Origin: Chiloscyllium plagiosum
Lineage: Eukaryota
Length of the DNA: 64,000 nucleotides
Reading direction: 5' to 3'
Assembly (NCBI RefSeq): GCF_004010195.1
Contig: NC_057719.1
Span: forward strand, 16,417,929 to 16,481,928
Under the pieces are notes generated by a model. That model saw only the letters and a program-made list of their open reading frames with translations. It did no database searches and had not been told where the DNA came from. Numbering within the stretch: position 1 is the first letter of the stretch; each line of letters opens with the position of its first letter. The translations under genes were made by a program, and so were the position numbers. Positions 37,575 to 50,082 of the stretch are shown here, piece after piece.

Positions 37575-40460
37575 TGTAGTAAGTACATATTGATGAACAA
37601 GTCTAATTTGACGGTACTAGACAGGAACCTTCAAAAGTTAATTGGGGAGGCTGTTCGCAGGTCAAGGAATGACTGGTGTGTAGGAGGTTTTCAAAAGTGA
37701 GATAACAAGAGTTCTGAGACTGCATGTTCCTGTTAGAGTGAAGGGCAAGGATGACTAGAGATAATGGGTCTGTGGTCAACAAAAAGGAGGAGGTATATGT
37801 CAAGTATAGACACCTGGGATCGTGAACCCCTTGAGAAATATAGGAGGGGAACAAGTACACTAAAGAGTAAATCAAGAGGGCAAAAAAGGGCTAACAGATT
37901 GCTTTGGTCAATAAGATTAAGTAGAATCCAAAGAGATTTTACAAGTATATTAAAAGAGTTACTAGGGAGAGAATAGGGCCCATTCAAGATCAATTAAGCC
38001 ATCTACGTGTGGAACCACAGGACATGGGAGAGATAATAAACAAATAGAACATAGAACAATATAGCACAGAACAGGCCCTTCCGCCCACGATGTTGTGCCG
38101 AACATTTGTCCTAGCTTAAGCACCCATCCATGTACCTATCCAATTGCCGCTTAAAGGTCACCAAAGATTCTGACTCTACCACTCCCACAGGCAGCGCATT
38201 CCATGCCCCCACCACTCTCTGGGTAAAGAACCCACCCCTGACATCTCCCCTATACCTTCCACCCTTCACCTTAAATTTATGTCCCCTTGTAACACTCTGT
38301 TGTACCCGGGGAAAAAGTTTCTGACTGTCTACTCTATCTATTCCTCTGATCATCTTATACACCTCTATCAAGTCACCCCTCATCCTTCACCGTTCCAACA
38401 AGAAAAGGCCTAGCACTCTCAACCTATCCTCGTACGACCTATTCTCCATTCCAGGCAACATCCTGGTAAATCTTCTCTGCACCCTCTCCAAAGCTTCCAC
38501 ATCTTTCCTAAAGTGAGGTGACCAGAACTGCACACAGTACTCAAAATGTGGCCTAACCAAAGTCCTGCACAGTTGCAACATCACTTCACGACTCTTGAAT
38601 TCAATCCCTCTGCTAATGAATGCTAATACACCATAGGCCTTCTTACAAGCTCTATCCACCTGAGTGGCAACTTTCAAAGATCCATGAACATAGACCCCAA
38701 AATCCCTCTGTTCCTCCACCTCACTAATAACCCTACCGTTAACCCTGTATTCCGCATTCTTATTTGTCTTTCCAAAATGAACAACCTCACACTTGGCAGG
38801 ATTGAACTCCATCTGCCACTCCTCAGCCCAGCTCTGCATCATATCCAAGTCCCTTTGCAGCCGACAAGAGCCCTCCTCACTATCCACAACTCCACCAATC
38901 TTCGTATCATCTGCAAATTTACTGATCCACCCTTCGACTCCCTCATCCAAGTCATTAATAAAAATTACAAACAGCAGAGGACCCAGAACTGATCCCTGCG
39001 GAACTCCACTTGTAACTGGGCTCCAGGCTGAATATTTACCATCTACCACCACTCTTCGACTTTGCTTTGGAAGTTACTGTGGAGAAAGAAGTGGAAACTA
39101 GGGGAACTGAGGGAAATAAATAGTGATGTCATGAAAAGAGTCCTTATTACAGAAGAGGACATGCTGGAAATCTGAACACAAAGGTAATGAATCCTCAGGA
39201 CTTGATCAAGTGTATCCCAGGACATCGTGAGAAGCGAGGGAAGAAATTGTAGGGCCCCTAGCAGAGATATTTATATCATCAACAGCCATGGGTGAGGTGT
39301 CAGAAGACAGGAGGGTGGCCAGTATTGTGCCATTATTTAAGAAAGGCAGCAATGAAAAGCCTAGATATGATAGATCGGTGAGCCTGACATCAATGGTGGG
39401 TACATTATTGGAGGGGATTCTGACAGACAGGATTTACATGCACTTGGAGAGGCAAGGACTGATTAGAGTTAGCCATCAAGGCTTTGTGCATGGGAAACTG
39501 TGTCTCACAAATTGGATTAAATTTTTGTTTTGAGGGTGTGACCAATAGGACAGATGAGGACAGACCAGTATACTTTGTCGAAATGGGCTAGCAAGGCCTT
39601 TGACAAGGTTCTGCATAGTTGGCTGTTCAGTAAGGTTAAATCATATGGGATCCAGGGAGAGCTAGCCAATCGAATACAAAATTAACTTGGCAGTAGGAGA
39701 TAGATGGTTGTGGGTAGAGAGTTGTTTTCGGTCTGGAGGCCTATGACCAGCCGAGTTCCTAAAAGATCAGAGTTGGACCCACTGTTGTTTGTAATTTATT
39801 TAAATGTGTGAGAATATAGGAGGCATGGTTCCTAAGTTTTCAGATGACACCATAATTGGTGGTATAATGGACAATAAAGAAGATTATTTAAGAGTACAAC
39901 AGGATCTTGATCAGCTGGACCAAGGTGTGACAAATGAATTTTAATTTACATAAATGCAAGGTGTTGCATTTTGATAGAACAAACCGGGCAGGACTTAGTT
40001 AATGGTAGGGCCCTGGGAAGTGTTGTCAAACAGAGGAACCTAGGGGTGCAGTTGCATAGTTCCTTGAAATCATGTCTTAGATAAACTAGGTGATAAAGAA
40101 GGCATTTAGCATGCTTGCCTTCATTGGTCAAAACATTGAGTATAGGAGTTGGGACATCATTCTGCAGCTGTATTGGACATTGGAGAAGCATCTTTTGGAG
40201 TACTGCATACAGTTCTGATTGCCCTGCAATAAGAGAGATATCAAATTGGAAAGGTGGCAGAGATGATTTACAAGATTGACACACAAATTCATGAAATGTT
40301 GCATATTTTTAATTGCAACATTTAAAGGGTATCTGGATGGGTATTTGAATAGGAAAGGTTTAGAGGGATATGGGCCAAGTGCTGGAAAATGGGACAACTA
40401 ATCGGCATGAACGAGTTGGACCGAAGGGTCTGTTTCCATGCTGTACATCTCTATGACTCT
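37575..40460 (+). mobile_element. CR1 LINE interrupted by a younger antisense CR1
   Basis: Plus-strand ORF2 remnants on both sides of 38045-39056 (37764..37976, 39288..39533) and a 3' tail near 40450. Confidence 0.8.
38045..39056 (-). mobile_element. Young 5'-truncated CR1 LINE
   Basis: Uninterrupted 221-aa RT ORF (SGVPQGSVLGPLLFVIFINDLD...KFADDTK), a further C-terminal ORF 38111..38383, and (agaac) tail repeats. Confidence 0.92.
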
Positions 40461-41399
40461 CCTCAGTCCATTGGCTCATCTGATCAAGATCCCATTGTAA
40501 TCAGAGGTAATTTTCTTCGCTGCCCACGACACCTCCAATTTTGGTATGATCTGCAAACTTACTAGCTACACCTCTTAAACTCACATTCAAATCATTTATA
40601 TAAATGACAAAAGTAGTGAACCTAGCACTGATCCTGTGGCACTCTACTGGTCACAGACCTCCAATTTGAAAAACAATCACCACCACCATCTGTCTTCTAC
40701 CTTTTTTCTTAAAAAAACTTACGCTTATTCTAGTATCTTCTATTTTTGTCCAAAATTATTGTTTCTGAAAGTTTCCCCACTACTGGGGTTGTATTGATCA
40801 GCTTCTAATTGCTAGATTTACTTTCACAGCCTTTTCAAGTACCCATTAATGATCAATAAGCCAGGTAGCCTCCTTCAGTTCTTTAAGCATTCTACAATCT
40901 TTATTTTTTTTTCCAATCTAATAGGATACATCACTGCATACCAAAAATTATTGCCCAATGATTTTATGTACTGTAAAGCACAATGCCAGAGATCGATCAC
41001 ACACAATAAAACACAGATGAAACAAGGCAAACAATGTATATTCATTGTATTCTCATTGTGTGAGTCTTGATCCAATTCTGAATCCATAACAGCCTGCAAA
41101 TACCACTAAGCATTTGGCAGGAGTTCAATTCCACGTGAAAAACACATAAAACCTATCGCTCTCATACTTTTGTAAACTTCACAACACCACTAATTTGCAA
41201 GCCAACCCACAGTAAACTCGGTCGATTTGACTAGCTTAAGACAACCGGGTACATCATAAATCTTAACAGCAGTTGTAATGTCACTTGCCCAAACAGCTGT
41301 TGTGGAAAAATGTACCTAACGAAAGCAAATAAACCCTGTTTACTAACGTCACTATCCCCAATATTTGGGACACGTTCTCATTTTCTAGATTTCAAAAAC

Positions 41400-42120
41400 T
41401 TATAACTCGGGAGCTGGTCAGCGGGTCCTCACCTTGCACTTCCTCGGCACCTTCTGCCAACATGTCTTTGGTGAAGCTGGAGAGCTGGCCAGTCAGGGAG
41501 GTCAGACTGCCCCCGACCTGACCCAGAGATTGCCCCAGGCCCGAGCCAATCCCACCGAACCAGGAGGACATGGTGCCGGCGGAGGGGACGGTGTGGTAAA
41601 GAGGAATGGAGAGACGGCTAACCAGCGGTGGGAGCGGACGACCAGCGGGTTACCCGAGTCCCTGGCTTCCTCCCCGTCGCCAGGCCGTAGGCCCCGAGCC
41701 TCCGGGACAGGTATCAGCAGCCCAACGGGGCAGGAAGGAGGTCGAAATACGGCGGAGACAATCAAATACTCGGCCGATCGTATCGCAATCGGCGGCGCTA
41801 CTACTTATTGTTGCTGTTGTTGCTGCTCCTCCGCCGTCCCTCACTTACTACCCCAACCCCGGTTCTGCCAACTCAACGGCAGCCATATTGTTAGCGTCAG
41901 CAGCTGCGCGCCGCCCGGCACTCTGGGTACAAAGCAGCGAGATAGACCACTTTCACAACCGCCATCTTGGAAAGTACCGCCGCATAGGATTGTGGTATAA
42001 CAACAATAAAAGACAGAAGATGTTCGAGAAACTCAGCTGCCGCGGAGAGACAAACAGAGTTAACGTTTCGACTGATACGACCCCTTTTCAGAATTCAGAA
42101 GAAACGTAAGAGGCGTACAG
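41400..42120 (-). promoter_or_regulatory. CpG island: TRIP11 promoter and 5' leader with two YY1-type motifs
   Basis: Sharp rise in GC and CpG in an otherwise CpG-depleted window. AAGATGGCGG (minus, about 41959-41968) and AATATGGCTGC (minus, about 41879-41889). Confidence 0.8.
41433..41571 (-). CDS. TRIP11: TRIP11/GMAP-210 coding exon 1 (ALPS amphipathic helix)
   Basis: Strong Kozak GCCGGCACCATG at 41571. Translates [46 protein letters not shown]+G, matching the vertebrate TRIP11 N-terminus ([23 protein letters not shown]...). 139 nt, donor AAG|GTGAGG. Confidence 0.97.
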
Positions 42121-42196
42121 ATCTGCAACATGGAAAAAGCTGCTTCGGTCCACTCAAACAGTAAACAATTATCCAACTATTCTCTGATGTGGAGGT

Positions 42197-42369
42197 TCTG
42201 GATTAGTGGTGCTGGAAGAGCACAGCAATTCAGGCAGCATCCGAGGACAGGCAAGATTTTGCCTGTCCTCGGATTTTGCCTGTCCTCGAATCGTGCCTGA
42301 ATTGCTGTGCTCTTCCAGCACCACTAATCCAGAATCTGGTTTCCAGCATCTGCAGTCATTGTTTTTACC
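42197..42369. mobile_element. Short fold-back Penelope-end insertion upstream of the TRIP11 CpG island
   Basis: 16-bp TSD tctctgatgtggaggt (42181-42196, 42370-42385). Inverted arms tctggattagtggtgctggaagagcacagcaattcaggc. Same family as 52015-52233. Confidence 0.88.
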
Positions 42370-43289
42370 TCTCTGATGTGGAGGTGCCGATGTTGAACTG
42401 GGGTGGACAAAGTCAAAAATCACAGGACACCGGGTTATAGTCCAACAGTTTATTTGAAACCGTAAGCTTTCTGAGTCCCCGCTCTCCTGCCTGACGAGGA
42501 CCAAATATTTTGACCAAATATTCTATGAAGAGAAAATAGAGTTAACGTTTCCGCGCCAGTGACCCTTCTTCAGAACTGGACCCGAAATGTTAACTTTGCT
42601 TTCTCTCTATAGATGCTGACAGACCTGATGAGGTTTTCCAGCAATTTTTGTTTTTGTTTCTGATTTCCAACCTCCGCAGTTTTTTTGCTTTTTTTCGTTT
42701 GTCTACCGAATTATTCTAAATCCATTTTCCAGTATTTGTCTCAAATACTTGTATGCTTTGTCACCATTAATTCACTTTCTCCACAAATGCTGCCAGATTC
42801 TCTAGCCTTTTCTGTTTTTCATTTCAGAATTCCAGCATCCGCAGCATTTTATTTTGAAAGAAAAGTTGAATTAACAAAAACTGTGTGAACCACCGCTGAG
42901 GATTGACTAATAGCATATTACAACTCCTGTATACAGTATGTGCATTTCTACTTTGTCAAATTTTCTTTCACATTTTGTTTCAAAGGAAAATAAGAACTAA
43001 AAACACATGACTAAAACGCGGAGTGACGAGATATAAAATACATATTTTATATTAACAATTTCACTACAGCATTTTACGTGAAGATCTCTCGCGCACAGGA
43101 AGATGAGCTTGGATGCCATGGTCCGGATCTTGCCAGCCCAATAGTGGCGAACACGAATAGGTTCAACGCTTATTGAGAATGACTAATATTCTGAGGAGCT
43201 AGGTTCAAATCCTGTTATGACTGATGGTGCAAATTAAATTCAATCAAGAATTAACAGCCAAATGATAACCATGAAGCCACTGTCAATTA

Positions 43290-43970
43290 TAGAGTCATTG
43301 AGATGTACAGCACAGAAACAGACCCTTTGGTCCAACTCATCCATGCTGACCAGATATCCTAAAGAAACCTAGTCCCATTTGCCAGCACCTCACCCATCTC
43401 CCTCTCAACCCTTCCTATTCATTTACCAATCCAGATGCCTTTTAAATGTACCAGTCTCACCACTTCCTCTGCCAGTACATTCCATACACACACCACCATC
43501 TGTGTAAAACATTGCCCCATAGATCCCTTTTAAATCTTTCCCCCCTCACCTTAAACCTATGTCCTCTAGTTTTGGACTCCCCCAGCCTGTGGAGAAGACC
43601 TTGTCTATTTACCCTATCCATGCCCCTCATTATTTTATAAATCTCTACAGGATCACCCCTCAGCCTCTGATGGTCCAGGGAAAATAGACCCAGTCTGATT
43701 AGCCTCTTCCTGTAGCTCAAACCATCCAACTCTGGCAACGTCCTTGTAAATCTTTTCTGAACCCATTCAAGTATCACAACATTCTTCCTATATCAGGGAG
43801 ACCAGAATTGAACACAGTATTCCAAAAGTGGCCTAACCAATATTCTGTACAGCTGTAACATGATCTCCCAATTCCTTTACTCAATGCACTGACCAATAAA
43901 GGCAAGCATTCCAAATGCCTTCCTCACTATCCTATCTATCTGAGACTCCATTTTCAAGGAGCTAAAAACC
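43290..43970 (-). mobile_element. CR1 LINE 3' portion
   Basis: ORF 43457..43777 LEWVQKRFTRTLPEL...RLRGDPVEIYKIMRG. Confidence 0.85.
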
Positions 43971-46900
43971 TTGTCAGGAGAAAAAACCCTTTGGATCATT
44001 CATGTTCTTTATGGAAGGAAATCTGCCTTCCTTCTTTGGTTTGGCCTACATCTGAGTCCAGACTCACAACAATGTGGTTCATTCTTAACTGCCCTCTGGG
44101 CAATTAGGAATGAGCAATAAATGCTGGCCTACCAGAGATGCCCAGATCCCATGAGCAAATGAAAAATATTGATGACAAACTTGTAATTAACTTTGAAAAT
44201 ACCTCCGTGTCTCTTTTTAAAACTGAATTTTAATGTTGCCTTTTCTTTGCAAAATTTGTTGGTAGTTGTGCACCGGACAATGAAGGGATGTGTATATTGT
44301 AAGAATTGTGGAGAATAAGTTGAACAACTAGTGACCTTTTGTGCAAGTTGCAGGTGCTTATTTCATTATAGATAATTTTCCCGTCATTGCATTGTGAAAT
44401 TTAAAATAAATTGAAGACAAATCTCATGTTTTCTCTATTACCCAGTGAATTTATTGGGAATGTGATATCTGATCTTTTCTCAATTACATTTTTAAGCATT
44501 CAATTTTTTATTCACTTAAATTTAATACTTTTGTTATTTTGTTGAATAAAATAATGATTGCAATTAAAGTGACAGTGATTGTCTCTTATTTTAGGGATCA
44601 GCAGCTTAAATATAAATTGCAGCTTTATCCATTGTGTTATGTATGATTTCATTATTTTCATAATCAAGTTTCCACAAGTCTGAACTCAAATCCATGATAA
44701 GATTGGAAGAGAACATGTTAACCAGTTCAGCAACAAACATTATTATGAATACTCCTCTGAATTGATAATGTTGAAAAATTATGTTAAATATGATCCAATT
44801 TGATCTTGGACATACTTAACATATATAAACTAATAAGACAGGTGTAACTTTATACTCTGTTTTAGTGCAGATGGATGGTCGACAACATGAAATGTTTTAA
44901 ATTTGGAAATGTCAAATGTTTTCTTGTGTTTTCAATTGTACCTCAATTGCATGACCAGATCCTAGAAAATAGATTCCAAAAATTTCACCTCCCATTGCAG
45001 AATAAGGGAGAAAGGCAAGGGATATATGAATAAGGGTGGAAATTGTACAGCCTTTTAGTTAGCAGCCAGTCAAACCAATTGTCTTTAAATCCTAAAACAT
45101 CACAACCATTTAGCCAGTTCAATTACATTATACTGATGGTTCAATGGTACCACAGCTATTCAAGTGCTATTTCTGTGAAAACATTCTGTACTAATTATAA
45201 TTCTATTAGATTGACTTGCAAACACAAGTTAAGTGACAAATTGTAAACAATAGATGGAACCTTATGTTACGCCATAGCTTTCTATATAATCATGACCAAT
45301 CAACTGGTTCTTCAGTTGTTTAACTTCATCTTTTTAAAAGTTGGCCATCTCTAGAGTTGCAAATTCAGGGAAATATTTAGAAACAGTGAAAGTCAATTGG
45401 ATAAGCAATGGAACTCAAAAAATGGTGAGTGAGAATTATAGAATATAGCAACTGAATAGCTGTATGGGACCATTAGAGAGGAAAAGGTTACTGAATTAGC
45501 CATGACCAAACTGGCAAATTGGTGAACGCGTTGTAGGGTTGTCAGATGCTGGAACATCATGTGAATTCCTATCTAGTCAGTCTTGTCTCTCACTTCAAAC
45601 TATCTTATATCTAATAAACAAACATGATCAGAGGAAGTGAAAAAAAAACACTTTTTTCAGACCCCAGTTTTCTCCTGGGTTGCTAGCAGCAGTGACAGAG
45701 ACTATTTATCTTTAATTTCTGGAGATTTCAGGACAGGCTGCAGGTTCACAACTCTAACAAAAACTGAAAGAACTGTGGTTGCTGTAAATCAGAAACAAAA
45801 ACAGAATTTCCTAGAAAAGCTCAGTTTTGAGGAAGGGTCACCCAACCTGAAACGTTAACTCTGATTTCTCTCCACAGATGCTGCCAAACCTGCTGAGCTT
45901 TTCCAGCAGTTTCTCGTTTTGTACACAACCCGAAGAGACTGAAATCAATAATAACTACAACAACCTGAAATGTCCTACTGAACACCAATAATGCAAGCTC
46001 CTCATTAGATAAGTGAGAGAAAAGTAAATAAATGAATATAACAGAGTAAACAAATGACATCAGGCATACTATGCATATGCAAGATGAACTTTTTTTCCCA
46101 AAAATATAGAAACATAAGAATGGGAATTGTTGAGCTGCCCAACATCCAATATGATCATGGCTGATTGAACACTTCAATGCTTTTTACCAATCCCACACCA
46201 CCACCCGCATCACCCCACCACTCCATCCACCTGACCCATGCCCAAAACCTTGCACACCACTGGTAATCAGAAGTCTATATTTCTCCATCTTAACTATACT
46301 CAAAGACTGAGCTTTAAGAGCCTTCTATGGTAAAGAACACAATCTTCTGATGAAGGAAATTTCTCTTTATCTTGGATCTAAGAAGGCATCCTTCTTATTT
46401 TTAAATTGTGCCCCAGTTTCTAGACTCCCCAACAAGAGATATATCTTACCGTGTCCATCCTTTTATATATTTTATAAACTTCAATAAGGTCACTTGTCAT
46501 TCTTCAAACCTCTGGACACTACAGACCAGTTTGTTCAATCTCTCTTCTTAGGATGGTCCCTCTATTCTTGAAAAAGTCTGATGAATGTTAATCATAGTCC
46601 CTCTACGTCATTAGTATCTTTCCTGTGAAACCAAATATGATTGACTGTCAACTTCCCTTGGGGCAATTAAGGAAGGGTAATAAATACTGTCCTGGCCAGT
46701 GACATCCGTCCCCCATGAATGAATTTAAAAAACTGCAAACTGTACTCCAGGTGCGACCTAACCAAGCTCCTGCACAACTGAAACCAGACTTCACTACTTA
46801 AATATAGAAATTTTCTTACAATGAAGGCTAACCATCTATTAACTGTCCTATGCTCTATTTCTAAAATTTATAAAAGGATACCCAGTTCAAAGTTGATATT

Positions 46901-49739
46901 ATACAATATGAGAAATATATCTATTTCTCTTGACAGTGAATGCAATTCACTAGATTTACAATCATTTAAAATTCACTATATATGTTATGACTCAAACGTA
47001 CAGCCCCTCAGTGTACTACGGTGGGAGGTCCTTAGACAGTGACCTATCCTTGGTGTGCTTTGTGAAAACGGTTTACTCCAAGCTTTAGTCCCTCAACATG
47101 TAGTTTTGAAATGTGCTGGACTTTGACACTTGGAATCAATAACTCTTTTTTAATGGAAGATCAACAAGTTTCAGGCCTTTTTTTTATTGAGATATTTGCC
47201 CTCCAGCAATATGTGGTGGAAAAACAAATTGCTACACAGAAACAACGGGAGCTGAAAAGGAAGGGAAAAATAAATCTAAGCCTTAGTAATCACCATGAGA
47301 CTCCTCATTGCAACAAATTCTGGATTCATTTTCTGGTAGCATTTGATGAAGAATGTTGCCCTTAATTATAGTCATATAATAAACTCTTCTCGCTGTTTAT
47401 TTTGTTTAATGAACACAGTAACTTACACTGGCAATTTAATTGCAATCTCAGTACATACATCAGGAAACATATTAAGGGTGTGTACCTCAATTATCTACAA
47501 CACCAGAGAAAAATGATTTCTGCAGTAAAATCAATATCAACAGAACATTACTCGAATAGTAACAATAATTCACTATCCCTAAACCACTGAAATGATCTGG
47601 GATTCAAACCTCTTCATTCTTCAGCATTTGCTAGCATAATTTACAAGTTTGCTTTAGAAAAGCAGTTTACTTGATGAATAAATATTTTTCAGTGTTTATT
47701 TTTTCTAGGACAAATCTAGAAATTTGCCCCAATGATTGTTCTATATTGTTTTGATAGATGATACAAGGAATAGGTGCTAGCAGACACCTAAAAGTGAGTA
47801 AAAACCATTTTGATTCTTTTCAGAGTTGAGAAGAATGAAATGTTTGAGGGAAGTAATTATCACAAAACAAACTGCCACAACTATTTGTTTAATGAGTAAG
47901 TAATGTAATGATGTACAATTTGATTTTGGCTCTCTGCTTTTTCTGCATTTTTGGACTAAGAAGGCTGGCTGAGATAATGCCTTCAGGATTATTATTTTAA
48001 AACTAAATGATTACCACTTGGAAACTGACTGAAATGCAGGAATACCATGCCCACCTTTGATTTTGATGGGTGAAATCATGATAATTGCTTATTTTGCTAT
48101 TTCAGCAATAGCTGCATTATGACACAAGAGTCCCAAGAAAATATGGAGTTGCATAAAATCATTTCCTCAAAGATGTACCATTTTTCATTATTTATAGGCT
48201 CCTACCACACACTTCCATCTTCAAAATGACACAATTTCCCAGGGACGTCTGAGCTTATATCGTTTGTGTAATTTGTTGTCATTAGATGTAGATAATGCCA
48301 CTGAACTTACATTAATCATTGTTACTTGTATACAGTAAGGTTACGTGTGCCTGGGTGAGTGGCATTTAGTAGAATCTTAGATGATTACTTCAGCAATAAT
48401 TGAACAGCTGTGGAGAAGCTGGTGTCATGGTGGTACAGTAATCCAGAAATGAAGTTAAAATTCTGGGAATGTGTTCAAATCCCACCATAGCAGATGGTGA
48501 AATTTAAATTCAACTTTTAAAATATGGAATTAAAAGCTAGTCTGATAGTACCCATGTGGTCTTTGTCATAAAACCGCATCTGGGTTCAGTAATGTCCTTC
48601 AGGTAAAGATATCTGTCACCTTTATATCTGACTCCAGACCCACAGCAACGTGGTTGACTCTCATCTGCCTTCTAAAATGGGCCAACAAGCCATTCACTTT
48701 AAAGGTTATTAGAGACAGGCAACAAATACTGGTCTTGCCAGTGATACCTACATCCCATGCAAGAATTGAAAGAAATATAAAAAGACACTATTATTACTGG
48801 TGCTGGGTCATAGAATTAGGTCCTACACATTTGTAGTGTTTAACTTCAGTAATAAATATAAAACCTGAATAAAATTTACTTTCAGTCTTGTCAGAAGCTT
48901 AACAAACACCAGTAGTTCTTAACTCCATCCATAAAAACAATCATTCTGAAGTCATTGTGCAGTTTAATGGATTGGTTAGGATTGAGTCTTTTTAAAACTT
49001 TTAAACTTGAAACATCTGAATTTGCACAGTGCAGGCATCCCAGTCCAACTGCTGAAATTCATTTCTTTTCATCTATCTTCTCTTCCATTGCATTTCAGGA
49101 TAAGTATCTTGTTTATTTTTGGAATATTTCTGTCTTCCATTCTGCGTAATTCAGTTCCTACCTTTAACTGTTATTCACATTATATCTTGTTGTTTTGATA
49201 TTTCCTTATATTTGCTGATCTGCTATAAGTTTTTTTGATTCATTAATGGGATGATAGTGTCATCACTTGGCCACCATTTATTGCCCAGAGGGCAGTTAAG
49301 ACTCAATCACATTTCTTGCATCTGGAGTCACGTGTAGACTAGACCAGGTAAGGATGGCAGCTTCCTTCCCTGAAGGACATTAGTGAACTAGATGGGTTTT
49401 TCCAACAATCAACAATGGATTCGTGGTCATCATTAGACTCCCAATCCAGATTTTTTATTGCATTCCTATTCTACCATCTGCTGTGGCTGGAATTCAAACC
49501 TGAATCCCTATAGCATTGCCTGGATGTCTAGATTAACAGGCCAGCAATCCTGCCATGAGGCCATTGCTTCCTCTATTGTAAACCAATAATAGCATCCAAG
49601 AATAATCCATCCACAAACTAATATATATCCGTAAAATTGATATTTAACAACAAAGCCAAACTAGAATTTTCACTTGTTTTTCCATTCTTTTGCAAATAAT
49701 GAAATACAAGAACATGATGGATACAAGAACATGATATCC

Positions 49740-50082
49740 ATATAAGATAATCAGAGAGTTAGATAGGTAGGACAGTGACTACCTTTTTCCTCAAATGGTG
49801 AGGGCTAGTATGAGGGGACATAGCTTTAAATTGAGGGGTGACAGATACAGGAAAGATGTTCGAGGTCGTTTCTTTACTCAGACATTAGTAGGGGCGTGGA
49901 ACGCACTGCCTGCAACAGTAATAGACATGCCAACTTTAAGGGCACTTAAATGGTCATTGGATAGGCATATGGAAGAGAAAGGAATAGTGTAGGTCGGATG
50001 GGCTTCAGATTGGTTCCACAGGTCGATGCAACATTGAGGGCCAAAGGGCCTGAACTGCACTGTAATGTTATATGTTCTATGT
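49740..50082 (+). mobile_element. CR1 LINE 3' end
   Basis: ORF 49795..49992 RGHSFKLRGDRYRKDVRGRFFTQ...AWNALP plus tail. Confidence 0.82.

Noticed and set aside
41434..42109. Long plus-strand ORFs (188 aa, 167 aa) over the CpG island
   Set aside because: They are antisense to TRIP11 exon 1 in GC-rich, stop-poor DNA, use non-ATG or weak starts, have low-complexity translations and show no recognisable domain.
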